This document shows, one piece after another, positions 19,041 to 28,809 of a stretch of DNA of 64,000 nt (the first letter of the stretch is position 1; each line of letters begins with the position of its first letter). A program made the position numbers and the translations under genes. A model generated the notes under the pieces. The model did no database searches. It was given only the letters and a program-made list of their open reading frames with translations, and had not been told where the DNA came from. The stretch is from NCBI GenBank assembly GCA_963668675.2, contig CAXXMB010000001.1:1376001-1440000 (forward strand), written 5' to 3'. The stretch comes from an uncultured Desulfatitalea sp. GTDB taxonomy: Bacteria; Desulfobacterota; Desulfobacteria; Desulfobacterales; Desulfosarcinaceae.

Positions 19041-20042
19041 TCATGCGGGGACAAAATCCCGCGCTCGCACCTCTTTTAGCTTCAAGGCCTCCGTCGGACA
19101 GACCACCGTACAGACGCCGCAACCCAAACACTTTTCAGCATCCACTTCGGCATGATCATCTGCCATGGAAAGCGCGTCGAAGAAGCATCGCTCGATACAG
19201 GTCTCACATCCGCTGCAAAGCTCAGTGTCTACCACGGCCTCGAAACGGCTCGGGGCGACCCATTTTTTCGGCCCCTTCATCACCGCCCAGTTCAGACAGC
19301 AATCATTGCAGCAGTTGCAGATCACGTGCCCTACCGTCTGGCGGTTGTCGACCGTATGCACCAACCCCTCCTCCCGGCATCTTTTCAAAATATCGATGGC
19401 TTCGCTTTTAGAGAGCGCACGGCCCGTGCCTCTTTCGATATTGTAATCAGCGGCACGGTCCACCTGCATGCAGACCTCCAGCGGCTTGCTGCAGGTTCCG
19501 GAAATGACGCGGCAAGAACATTTGGTCACGGAGAGGGTCCTGGCCCCCTCAACGATCTTCACGACATCATCGTAAGCCAGTATCTGGGATAGGGGCTCTA
19601 TGCTCTCATTGACAGGGACAACCCGCATGATGGCACCGGGCATTGCATCCATGATGGCCCGGCCATATGTCGGCCACTCCTCAGCCATATACACTTTCCA
19701 CAAATCCAGAACCTGTCTCGATATGCCGGGCGTCAGACTGGTGGAATCGTGCATCTGCGGGATTGACTTTACCCGGTACCACTTCTTGTCGCCGCCTCTG
19801 GTGGCTTTGAAAATCAGACCCCTGTGAAACAGGGAGTCCATCATTGCGAGGACGGCCTCTTCGGTTAGACCGGCCTTTTGGGCCAGCTCTTCAGCGGTGG
19901 CGGGAGGCGCCGCCAGGAGCATCACTTTGGCTTCATCATCAGTAACCAGAGCTTCAAAAATCTTTGGGATCATGGGCGACTGGCCGGCTCCGATGGCTTT
20001 AGCCAGTTCTTTGCACAACGCCATGTCTGTCATAGGAATCAT
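19041..20042 (-). CDS. Cys-rich Fe-S protein: N-terminal winged-helix-like region, central Cys cluster, C-terminal 2x[4Fe-4S] ferredoxin domain
   Basis: CSCR, CSKPLEVC, ICNCCNDCC, CSGCETC...C, CLGCGVC...CP. Confidence 0.82.
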   Translation of the reverse strand: MIPMTDMALCKELAKAIGAGQSPMIPKIFEALVTDDEAKVMLLAAPPATAEELAQKAGLTEEAVLAMMDSLFHRGLIFKATRGGDKKWYRVKSIPQMHDSTSLTPGISRQVLDLWKVYMAEEWPTYGRAIMDAMPGAIMRVVPVNESIEPLSQILAYDDVVKIVEGARTLSVTKCSCRVISGTCSKPLEVCMQVDRAADYNIERGTGRALSKSEAIDILKRCREEGLVHTVDNRQTVGHVICNCCNDCCLNWAVMKGPKKWVAPSRFEAVVDTELCSGCETCIERCFFDALSMADDHAEVDAEKCLGCGVCTVVCPTEALKLKEVRARDFVPA

Positions 20043-20205
20043 CCTCCCTTTCAGCTAAGAGTTGTGGTCGTGCGGTCGCGATACCAAGGCAATTATGATA
20101 CCAACGTGGTCCCAGTTCTCTCGTCTTATTATTCATCTGTTTTCTTAAGCTTACTGCTTATTTCCACTTGTATGTTATCAGAGAAGAGGGAATCCGCCTG
20201 GGGAA

Positions 20206-22017
20206 TCATCCACCAAAGGAGGCTTCATCAATCTCGACGGCGGCCTTGCTGCCCTTTTCGATGGAATTCATGCTACCCAGAGTGACCGGCAGCACCGTGT
20301 TGATGAAAAAGTCGGCGCCTTTGATCTGGCCCTGGTAAAAAGGCACATCCTTCTTTTTGGCGCCGTCGGCCAGTTTGGTTGCAGCCACATGGGCCCGCCA
20401 CAGGAGCATCCAGGCCATAGTCACATCGCCCATGGCATTCAGAAACGGCGTGGCGTGAGCGAAAGCGGTTTTAAATTCCGCTGAAGCAGCGCGTTTGCCA
20501 ATCGTCATGGCGGTTTCACCCAGGCGTTTCACCGCGTTTTCCATTTCAGCAGCCATCTCTTTCAGCTCGTCGATCTCTTTGGCTTTGTTGATCACATCGG
20601 ACATCTGAGTGATCATCTCCATAAAGGTGGCGCCCTTGTTCCACCCCAGTTTGCGACCCAGCAGGTCCATGGCCTGGATGCCGTTGGTGCCTTCATAGAG
20701 GGAAGCGATCTTGGTATCGCGCATCAACTGCTCCACCGGGTACTCCTTGATAAAACCGTAACCACCATAGACCTGGATGGCCTGCACACAGATGTCGAAT
20801 CCGCGGTCGGAACCCAGTGATTTGATGATGGGGGTGAGCAGTCCAATCATATCGTCGCACGCCTTTTTTTCTTCGGCATCTTCGCTGCAATGGATGCGGT
20901 CGAAAAGCGACTCCACGTAATAAACCAAGCTGCGTAATCCCTCCACGTAGCACTTCATCCACATGAGCATGCGACGCACGTCCGGATGGCGAATGATGGG
21001 CACCTGGTCCGGTGCGTCTTTAGGGGCCCCCAATTCCCTACCCTGGAGCCGCTCACGCGCATAATTGAGCGCATACAGGTAGGCACGGGAGCCGGCGTAC
21101 AGTCCCTGGAATCCCACATCCTGGCGCGCCTCGTTCATCATGCCGAACATGATTTTCATGCCCATGCCCTCTTCTCCCAGCAAGTAGCCTTTGCACTTTC
21201 CTTTGCTGCCATAGGAGAGGCTGCAGGTGGCGCTTCCGTGGATGCCAGTCTTCTCCTCGACGCCGGTGCAGACCACGTCGTTGGGCTCGCCAAGGCTGCC
21301 GTCGTCATTGACCCAAATTTTAGGCACGATAAAGATGGAGATCCCCTTGGTTCCCGCAGGCGCGCCCTCCACGCGGGCAAGCACCGGGTGGATGATGTTT
21401 TCAGTCAAATCGTGATCCCCGTTGGTGATGAAGATCTTGTCTCCGGTGATGGCGTAAGTGCCGTCATCGTTCTTAACGGCCGAGGTGGTCAGCGCGCCGA
21501 CGTCGGAACCGGCATTGGGCTCGGTCAGCACCATGGTGCCCCCCCACTCTCCCTTATATAGTTTTTTTAAATAGAGATCTTTTTGCTCCTGGGTGCCGTG
21601 ATCCTCGATCATCTTGCCGGTGCCGTGGCCCATCTGTCCGTAGCCCACCACTGCACCGCAGGCCCCTGTCAGGTATTCCCTGGCGGCGCGGTCGATGATG
21701 TGGGGCAGCCCCTGCCCGCCAAACTCCGGATCTTCACACATGGAGGTAAATTCGTTTTCAAGCATCAGTTTGAACGGCTTGTGAAAGCTCTCCGGAACCG
21801 TAACCTTGCCATCTTTGAAGGTGACACCGATACGGTCGCTCTCTTCATAAATGGGTAGCAACTCCTTAATGGCGAATTTGCGTGCCTCGGTGATGATCAT
21901 TTCGAAGGTTTTGCGGTTCAGTCCGGCAAAGGCTTTTTCCTTGGCCAATTTCTCTGTGTCCAGCTGTTCATAAAGTACGAAATCGATGTCCCTGCGATCT
22001 GCAATCTCTTGTGCCAC
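20206..22017 (-). CDS. Acyl-CoA dehydrogenase (about 600 aa, C-terminal extension type)
   Basis: GTMVLTEPNAGSD, GDKIFITNG, QVYGGYG, LYEGTNGIQAMDL; GTG start with GGAGG. Confidence 0.92.
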   Translation of the reverse strand: MAQEIADRRDIDFVLYEQLDTEKLAKEKAFAGLNRKTFEMIITEARKFAIKELLPIYEESDRIGVTFKDGKVTVPESFHKPFKLMLENEFTSMCEDPEFGGQGLPHIIDRAAREYLTGACGAVVGYGQMGHGTGKMIEDHGTQEQKDLYLKKLYKGEWGGTMVLTEPNAGSDVGALTTSAVKNDDGTYAITGDKIFITNGDHDLTENIIHPVLARVEGAPAGTKGISIFIVPKIWVNDDGSLGEPNDVVCTGVEEKTGIHGSATCSLSYGSKGKCKGYLLGEEGMGMKIMFGMMNEARQDVGFQGLYAGSRAYLYALNYARERLQGRELGAPKDAPDQVPIIRHPDVRRMLMWMKCYVEGLRSLVYYVESLFDRIHCSEDAEEKKACDDMIGLLTPIIKSLGSDRGFDICVQAIQVYGGYGFIKEYPVEQLMRDTKIASLYEGTNGIQAMDLLGRKLGWNKGATFMEMITQMSDVINKAKEIDELKEMAAEMENAVKRLGETAMTIGKRAASAEFKTAFAHATPFLNAMGDVTMAWMLLWRAHVAATKLADGAKKKDVPFYQGQIKGADFFINTVLPVTLGSMNSIEKGSKAAVEIDEASFGG

Positions 22018-22219
22018 TTGAAAATCCTCCCGCTTGTTAGTCCTTATTCAAAAAAAAGCCGTGATTCGTCGCACCGAGCCCGGCCTGCATACCATTTGGA
22101 TGCACAAACTATTATCCTATGGTATCACCCAAAACAATAGATGATTGGTCACTCTCTTGGTAAGTCGCTCCGTTGTTCCGATTGAAAAGGGGGTTGGCGT
22201 GTGACTATCTCCCCAAATC

Positions 22220-22251
22220 AAAAAGGGCCGCCTCTTATGAGGCGACCCTTT
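22220..22251 (-). terminator. Rho-independent terminator of the tRNA-Lys/tRNA-Glu transcript
   Basis: Minus strand AAAGGGTCGCCTC-ATAA-GAGGCGGCCCTTTTT. Confidence 0.8.
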
Positions 22252-22263
22252 GATAAGGATAGT

Positions 22264-22341
22264 TGGCGTCCCCAAGGGGATTCGAACCCCTGTCGCCGGC
22301 GTGAAAGGCCGGTGTCCTGGGCCAGGCTAGACGATGGGGAC
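22264..22341 (-). tRNA. tRNA-Glu (TTC)
   Basis: GTCCCCA...TGGGGAC-G-CCA acceptor stem, anticodon arm CCGGC-CTTTCAC-GCCGG, GGTTCGAATCC T-loop. Confidence 0.97.
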
Positions 22342-22372
22342 GAAGCCTGTATCTCTTTTTAACATTACGAGC

Positions 22373-22448
22373 TGGTGGGCCGTGTTGGGCTCGAACCAAC
22401 GACTCTCTGCTTAAAAGGCAGATACTCTACCGACTGAGTTAACGGCCC
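22373..22448 (-). tRNA. tRNA-Lys (TTT)
   Basis: GGGCCGT...ACGGCCC-A-CCA, anticodon arm TCTGC-CTTTTAA-GCAGA, GGTTCGAGCC T-loop. Confidence 0.97.
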
Positions 22449-22547
22449 CCGAAACAAAAAATGCGTATCTACCCTCTGATTCAGGGTTTGTCAACCATTT
22501 TTGAAAAGATTGGACCTTTTTGTACAGGGTTTCGATCCCCTTCTGCC

Positions 22548-23999
22548 CTACTTTCTCCAAAACTCCGGAACGAGAAGTATAAGAACCGTATATATTTCCA
22601 ATCGACCAAGGAGCATACACCAGATGAGCAGCCACTTGCCCATGATGGGGATCTGGGCATAGTTCTCAACCGGTCCGACATCCCCGAATCCCGGGCCGAT
22701 GTTACCGATGGTGGCTGCCACTGCACCGAAGGCGGTGACGAAATCGACCCCGAAACCGGCCAATATGATCGTGGACAGGCCGAACAGCGCAATGTAGAGG
22801 GCCAGAAATCCCAGCACGCTGCGCATCACATCTTCGGAGACCGACTGGCCGCCCAGCTTGATCGTAGTAATGGCTCTTGGATGCACTAGGGCAAAGAGCT
22901 CCTTGTAACAGTATTTAAAGCAGAGCATTATTCTCAGGCACTTCATGCCCCCACCGGTCGATCCGGCCGAGGCGCCTAAAAACATGCATGCAAGCAGGAT
23001 ATGCTGAGACATGGCCGGCCAGCCCTCATAATCGGCCGTGGCAAATCCGGTGGTGGTGACAATCGAAACCACCTGAAAGGCACCGTATCGAATGGCTTGG
23101 CCGATAGTGGTGTAAATATTGCCGTTTAAGAGATCGCAGCTCACCAGTAGCGTGAGTACCAGCACGGCTCCGAGAAAGAAGCGGCACTCCCTGTCTCGCC
23201 AAAAGGCAAGTGGCTGTCCACGCAGCAACTGGTAATGAAGCGAAAAATTGATCCCTGCCATGATCATGAAGAAGATAATGACAAAGTCGAGGTAGGCACT
23301 GTCAAAATGGGCAACGGATGCGTTCATGGTTGAAAAACCACCGGTGGGCATGGTGGTGAAGGCGTGACACAACGCATCGAAGAAGCTCATCCCGCCCAAC
23401 ATCAGCAAGACGATCTGGACCGCGGAAAAGAGCGCATACACTTTCCACAAAATCGTGGCGGTGTCCCGGATGCGGGGTTTCAGTTTATCGGGAACAGGGC
23501 TTGGCACTTCAGCTTTATAAAGCTGCATTCCTCCAACGCCTAGAAAAGGCAGAATGGCAATGGAAAGCACAATGATCCCCATTCCCCCCAGCCACTGAAT
23601 GAAACTGCGCCAGAGCAGAAGCCCCTTTGGCAGTGCCTCGATGTTGGTCAAAATCGAGGCGCCTGTCGTAGTAAAACCGCTGACCGATTCGAAGATGGCG
23701 TCGACCAACACCCAATGACCGGATGCCAGATAGAACGGCAGGGCGCCAAAAAAGCCCACCGCAGTCCATCCCACGGTTACAATCGCCATGCCTTCTCGCT
23801 GGCTGATGTTGGCGACACGTCCTTTGCGAAACGTCAGGAACAGGGCACCCCCGATCACGATGGTCGCCACCATGGATTTGATGAGCGGCAGGACACTTTG
23901 GTCCGCATAGAGAATGCCGCAAACCAGCGGCACCACCATCGTGAGGCCGAGGAAGAAAATCAGGGCGCCAACGACATAGATAATGTACTGCCAGCGCAT
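22548..23999 (-). CDS. trkH: Trk potassium uptake membrane protein
   Basis: FESVSGFTTTGAS, QWLGGMG, PTGGFS, TTTGFAT, GSTGGG, GNIGPG, GRLE. Confidence 0.95.
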   Translation of the reverse strand: MRWQYIIYVVGALIFFLGLTMVVPLVCGILYADQSVLPLIKSMVATIVIGGALFLTFRKGRVANISQREGMAIVTVGWTAVGFFGALPFYLASGHWVLVDAIFESVSGFTTTGASILTNIEALPKGLLLWRSFIQWLGGMGIIVLSIAILPFLGVGGMQLYKAEVPSPVPDKLKPRIRDTATILWKVYALFSAVQIVLLMLGGMSFFDALCHAFTTMPTGGFSTMNASVAHFDSAYLDFVIIFFMIMAGINFSLHYQLLRGQPLAFWRDRECRFFLGAVLVLTLLVSCDLLNGNIYTTIGQAIRYGAFQVVSIVTTTGFATADYEGWPAMSQHILLACMFLGASAGSTGGGMKCLRIMLCFKYCYKELFALVHPRAITTIKLGGQSVSEDVMRSVLGFLALYIALFGLSTIILAGFGVDFVTAFGAVAATIGNIGPGFGDVGPVENYAQIPIMGKWLLIWCMLLGRLEIYTVLILLVPEFWRK

Positions 24000-25363
24000 C
24001 AGAAATACTCCAGCTTGACGGCCAGGATTTTCTCAATGCCTGAGATGGCACTGCGATGGGCGAAGATAATGGTACGATCGTTGGGCTCGATCACACTGTC
24101 GCCCGTGGGGATAATGATCTCATCGCCGCGGATGATTCCAGCCACGATGGCGCCTTTGGGAAAGGAGATTTTCTTCAAGGGCTTTCCCACGATCTCGGAC
24201 GTCTCTAGCGCAACGGCCTCCATCGCTTCGGCCTGTTCCCCCTTCAAAGAGACAGCCGACAACAGCTTTCCCCGTCGGATGTGCTGGAGGATCGTATTGA
24301 TGGCCGACAGTCTCGGACTCACCACCTGTTCGATGCCGATGGCGGTCATTAAGGGGAAATAACTGAATTTGCTTATCTTGGTGATGGCCTTGCCGGCGCC
24401 CAGACGCCGTGCCAGAAGGGAGGAGAGGATATTGGTCTCTTCGTCATTGGTGAGGGTCACCACGACGTCGATATCGCCGATGTTCTCCTCATTGAGCAGG
24501 TTCTGGTCCGACCCGTCGCCATGCAAGACAATGGTCTTGTTCAATCGCTCTGCCAGAACCGCACATCGCTCGGCACTCTTCTCTATGATTTTGCAGTAGA
24601 TCGATTGTGCTTCCAGTTGGACGGCCAATCGGTAGCCGATACGACCGCCGCCAATGATCATCACGCGCTTCACCGGCTCGGCATGCTTATCGAAGATGGA
24701 GAGTGCATCATGCAACTCCTTCTCTTCACTGATAAAATAGACGAGGTCTCCGGGCAGCAGCTGATCTTTCCCGGTGGGGATGATCAACTCATCTTCCCGA
24801 ACCACCGCTGCGATCAGTAACCGCCTCTTGCCAATAATGTCCGGCAGTTCGGAGAGGCGCACCCCAGCCAACCGGGCATCAGGCTCCAGATAGACACCCA
24901 CGAACTTGATCCGACCGTCGGCGAATTCGCCCACATCGACAGCGCCCGGCACGCGCATCAGGCGCTCGATGGTCTTGACGACCTCGATCTCCGGGTTGAT
25001 GACGGTATCGATATGGGGCACCTGTTCCCGAAACGTTTCGTGGTATTGATCGAAATCGGCACCCCGAATACGGGCCAGTTTCTTGGTGCTGGGCGAAAGG
25101 AGATCGGCGACAAGGCAAGCGACCAGATTGGTCTCATCCTGATTGGTGACCGCCAGCAAAATTTCAGCCTGACGGATGCCGGCATCTGTAAGAACGGATG
25201 GGCTGCTGCCGCTGCCATTGATGGTCTGCACATCCATGCTCTCAGAAACCCGCCTGAGTGCATCTGCATCCTTATCAATGACAACCACTTCTTTGTTCTC
25301 TAGTGCCAGACGACCGGCGATGTGGTAGCCAACCTCGCCTGCACCGACAATTAATATCTTCAA
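23999..25363 (-). CDS. trkA: Trk potassium transporter NAD-binding subunit
   Basis: Two RCK domains (GAGEVG, GGGRIG), 454 aa, adjacent to trkH; TTG start. Confidence 0.95.
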   Translation of the reverse strand: MKILIVGAGEVGYHIAGRLALENKEVVVIDKDADALRRVSESMDVQTINGSGSSPSVLTDAGIRQAEILLAVTNQDETNLVACLVADLLSPSTKKLARIRGADFDQYHETFREQVPHIDTVINPEIEVVKTIERLMRVPGAVDVGEFADGRIKFVGVYLEPDARLAGVRLSELPDIIGKRRLLIAAVVREDELIIPTGKDQLLPGDLVYFISEEKELHDALSIFDKHAEPVKRVMIIGGGRIGYRLAVQLEAQSIYCKIIEKSAERCAVLAERLNKTIVLHGDGSDQNLLNEENIGDIDVVVTLTNDEETNILSSLLARRLGAGKAITKISKFSYFPLMTAIGIEQVVSPRLSAINTILQHIRRGKLLSAVSLKGEQAEAMEAVALETSEIVGKPLKKISFPKGAIVAGIIRGDEIIIPTGDSVIEPNDRTIIFAHRSAISGIEKILAVKLEYF

Positions 25364-25530
25364 ACTTGTTCTCCCCCTAGTCGAGTCAAAACGACGCCGT
25401 AAATGAAGACCCTGTTCGACTCAATTACGGGATCAGAACTTACTATAGCCTCCCAAGAAGTGTCAATTATTAGATATAATATTGAAATAGGTGCAGTAGT
25501 GAGAAGTGGTTCTGTCCAGAGAAAATCGAT

Positions 25531-26286
25531 TCAGGCCAATAGCATGGCGCCGCAGAGCAAAAGCGCAATCGCCAATGCAATCATATCACCTCTTTTAAAC
25601 TTCCACTGGTGGGGGGTGCGGTATTCACTGTAGCCTCTGGAAGCAATGGCAACGGCCATTCGGTCCGCAGAGAGAAAAGATCGCCTCATGAGCGGCAAGG
25701 CCATCATTTTCATTCGATAAAGGGGATTCTTGCGATTTTCGATCGCTCTTGAGCGCTGGGCGTCGGCGATCTCCTTGGCTTGGGTGAGGATCAATGAGAT
25801 CGATCGCATCAGCAGGCCGAGCATCAATCCGACGCTGGGGGCCGACCGTCCCAACAGGGGCCGTAATCCCCATTCGACGGCCGCGCTGATGTCGACACTC
25901 CTCGTGCTGGCGGTCAGTCCCATACCGAAGCATACGATCAGGATCCAGCGCCAGCATATCATTGCCCCCACCACCGCCCCCTGGCGGGTCAACTCAAGGC
26001 CGCACCAAGCGATCAGCGGATCCCCAGGCGTGTTGAAGCAGCGAATCATCCACACCACCAGCAACAGCAGGAGAAACCACCTCAATTCATGAAGCGCCTG
26101 CCGAATAGGCAAACGGAGCTGGGATAAGACCAGCATCGCAGCGGCACTTGCTATCATCAATCCAACCTGCTGCGCATGCAGGGTCGTGATGCTGATCGCC
26201 ACCAGGATCGACAGCTTCACTCTGACATCCACAAGATGAATCGGTGTGGGTCTATAACGATACCCGAAGACGGTCAGCTGAGCCAT
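25531..26286 (-). CDS. ECF transporter transmembrane T component (BioN-like)
   Basis: DVRVKL, AQRSR and AIASRGY conserved Arg motifs, hydrophobic; start MAQLT. Confidence 0.85.
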   Translation of the reverse strand: MAQLTVFGYRYRPTPIHLVDVRVKLSILVAISITTLHAQQVGLMIASAAAMLVLSQLRLPIRQALHELRWFLLLLLVVWMIRCFNTPGDPLIAWCGLELTRQGAVVGAMICWRWILIVCFGMGLTASTRSVDISAAVEWGLRPLLGRSAPSVGLMLGLLMRSISLILTQAKEIADAQRSRAIENRKNPLYRMKMMALPLMRRSFLSADRMAVAIASRGYSEYRTPHQWKFKRGDMIALAIALLLCGAMLLA

Positions 26287-27077
26287 GATGCCACGGCCTT
26301 TCCATAACGCAATGCGCAGGGGGGGCGGATATCGAACTGCTCTACCTGTGGCAGCACCTCCAGGATGGGCCCGTCGGCGGCAACGCACCCCTTGCTCATG
26401 ATCACGATCCGCTGGGCCAGATCCCCCACCTTTTCCAGATCATGGGCCGCCAGCACAATGGTATGTCCCTGTCGATGTAATCGAACAATATGGGTGAGGA
26501 TCTGCTTAACACCGGGATAATCCAGATTGGTAAACGGCTCATCCATCACCAGCACTTCAGGGCGCATGGCCAGCACCCCGGCGATGGTGAGGCGTCGCCG
26601 CTCTCCGCCCGACAGCAAATGCGGGCTCTGATCCGAAAGATGCGCCAAGTCGAATTCTGTCAATACGCGTCGCACCGTTTGGTCGATGGTCGCCCTCTTC
26701 CAGCATAAGTTCTCTGGGCCGAAGGCCACATCCTCATAGACAGTCTGGCCGACGATCTGACTATCGGTATCCTGAAATACCATGCCCACCTTTCGCCGAG
26801 CTTTGGCCGGATCCTTCTTTACAGAAATCCCATCGACAGAGACCTCTCCCTGTTGGGGCAGCAGGAGCCCGTTCAAGTGTCTCAGGAGCGTTGTTTTACC
26901 CGATCCGTTTGCACCTGCGACCAGGACAAACTCTCCCTTCGCTATCGACAGGGAGATATCGAATATCCCTCCCTGGCCGCTGTCAAAACGATGGGTGAGA
27001 TGGCGCACCTCGATGATGGCGCAACGATCCCCCTCCTTTTCCGGAGCGAGGAGCTTACGTTCTTCTGTCCGTATCAT
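26274..27077 (-). CDS. ECF transporter ATPase (BioM/CbiO-like)
   Basis: GANGSGKTT, VFQDTDSQ, LSGGE, MDEPF. Confidence 0.9.
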   Translation of the reverse strand: MIRTEERKLLAPEKEGDRCAIIEVRHLTHRFDSGQGGIFDISLSIAKGEFVLVAGANGSGKTTLLRHLNGLLLPQQGEVSVDGISVKKDPAKARRKVGMVFQDTDSQIVGQTVYEDVAFGPENLCWKRATIDQTVRRVLTEFDLAHLSDQSPHLLSGGERRRLTIAGVLAMRPEVLVMDEPFTNLDYPGVKQILTHIVRLHRQGHTIVLAAHDLEKVGDLAQRIVIMSKGCVAADGPILEVLPQVEQFDIRPPCALRYGKAVASWLS

Positions 27078-27634
27078 CCGCTGACCGTGGAACTTGGCGA
27101 CAGATCATGCAGTAGTGGCCGCACCGCTCTGGCGATTGGCAGCGCCGCTGCAATTTTAAATGCATCGCCAATGAGAAATGGGTAGCAGCCTGCGACCAAG
27201 GCTTTGCCCAACGTCATGCCGGTGATCCATTTCAGCCATGGTACCCCAAGGGCGTAGACAGCCAGCGAACCAATCACCATACCTGTCACCTCTAATGAGA
27301 GTCTTCCCCTGGCCTTTTCTGCAAATAGCCCGACGAGATAAGCGGCGGCCAGAAAACCAACCAGATAACCTCCCGTCGGACCGATCAGGCGCCCCACTCC
27401 GCCGGTGCCGCTTGCGAATACAGGCAGACCGCAGGCACCGGCCAGCAGATATACGGCGACACTGATGGAGGCCCAGCGTCTGCCCAGCAATAGTCCGGCG
27501 ACCAGCACAAAAAGGTTCTGCAACACGATGGGCACGGGCCCTATGGGAATTGAGAGATAGGCGCCCACGGCGATCAAGGCGGCCATCATTGCAGCAAAAA
27601 CAAGTCTGCGAATGGCGATATCGGAGTGCATCAT
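27074..27634 (-). CDS. bioY: Biotin transporter S component BioY
   Basis: PVPIVLQ, GLPVFA, GPTGGYLVGF, PFLIGDAFK. Confidence 0.93.
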   Translation of the reverse strand: MMHSDIAIRRLVFAAMMAALIAVGAYLSIPIGPVPIVLQNLFVLVAGLLLGRRWASISVAVYLLAGACGLPVFASGTGGVGRLIGPTGGYLVGFLAAAYLVGLFAEKARGRLSLEVTGMVIGSLAVYALGVPWLKWITGMTLGKALVAGCYPFLIGDAFKIAAALPIARAVRPLLHDLSPSSTVSG

Positions 27635-27717
27635 CCTCTTCTCTGCTCTTTTTTATCTGAGCCTATCCAGCACATATCGATTTACACCGCTAATTTAGGT
27701 AGTTAGCCGGACAGGCT

Positions 27718-28641
27718 TTAATCTTGGTGAAAACAATCCCCATAAACAACCGTTTTTTGTTCACCACTATCCGTCTCCAGGACCAGGGCGCCTGTCTCTT
27801 CCAAATCGACAGCGCGGCCCTCGACGGTGTCATGCACGGTCTGCACTTTCACCCTACGCCCCAACGTGATAGCCTTGCGGCGCCATTGGTCGATGGTGCC
27901 GTCTAATCGATCGTCTGTCAGGCGACGCTCGAATCGCTCCCAGAAGGATAGCAGTATGTCCGATCTTGAGACCTGCTGCTTGGTCAACTTCGAGATCGAT
28001 ACGGCCGGCGGCTCAACTGACCGGGTGTCATTGTGCACATTGACACCGATGCCAAGGTTCACGAATTCGATACGATCCGATTCCGCTGACATAATGGAGA
28101 GAATTCCAGCCAACTTGCGCTCCTCGACCAGCACATCGTTTGGCCACTTAAGCTGGCAGCCGATACCGTACAGGCTCTCGATGACTGCGGCGAGATCCAC
28201 GGCGGCGGCCAGGTTGATCAGCGGACTGGCATCCGGCGTGACAAGCGGCCTCAAGACCATGGTAAAATAGAGGCCGCCAATGGTAGAGCGCCACTCACGG
28301 GAGAGCCGCCCCCGGCCCTTGGTCTGCCGCTCAGCAACAACGACGGTGAATCCAGGGCAGCCTCCTCGCGCCAGATCCATGGCCCTGTCCATGGTAGAGG
28401 TCAGCTCCGGGTAGTAGTGTACCAGCTGGGAACGCTTTCCAAACACCCATGGATAGGGGGTGTCCGGACCGCTGACCAGCCGGTAGCCTTTGGGGGTCGC
28501 CAAGATCTCGTATCCGGCTTCCTGCAATTGGCGGATATGTTTCCATACGGCCACGCGAGAGACCCCTAATGCCGCGCTTAGTCTCTCTCCTGAAACCGTC
28601 TCATCGGTTTGATCTAATATGGCAAGAATGTCTGCTTTCAT
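27718..28641 (-). CDS. birA: Bifunctional biotin--protein ligase / repressor
   Basis: N-terminal HTH SGERLSAALGVSRVAVWKHI, QTKGRGR, KWPND, KLAGIL. Confidence 0.95.
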   Translation of the reverse strand: MKADILAILDQTDETVSGERLSAALGVSRVAVWKHIRQLQEAGYEILATPKGYRLVSGPDTPYPWVFGKRSQLVHYYPELTSTMDRAMDLARGGCPGFTVVVAERQTKGRGRLSREWRSTIGGLYFTMVLRPLVTPDASPLINLAAAVDLAAVIESLYGIGCQLKWPNDVLVEERKLAGILSIMSAESDRIEFVNLGIGVNVHNDTRSVEPPAVSISKLTKQQVSRSDILLSFWERFERRLTDDRLDGTIDQWRRKAITLGRRVKVQTVHDTVEGRAVDLEETGALVLETDSGEQKTVVYGDCFHQD

Positions 28642-28676
28642 GTGAGTATTCCCCCGGAATGTCTCGCGATCAGATG

Positions 28677-28707
28677 TGTTAACCACATAAACGATTTTGG
28701 TTAACCA
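28677..28707. promoter_or_regulatory. BirA operator upstream of birA-bioY-ECF operon
   Basis: TGTTAACC-N14-GGTTAACCA matches the spaced BirA palindrome. It overlaps the expected -10 position of a minus-strand TTGACA at 28726-28721. Confidence 0.8.
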
Positions 28708-28809
28708 ATAGAGGTGGCGATGTCAAGTGCAATCGGCGCAGCATGTGCGGAATGCAGACGTGTCTTAGATACTCAACTTTCAGGTATGCACGCCTTCTGA
28801 CGGCTCATC

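Noticed and set aside
124..22263. Catabolic region as a genomic island integrated at the tRNA-Glu 3' end
   Set aside because: No integrase, no duplicated tRNA 3' end seen in the window, native terminator intact, no obvious compositional shift
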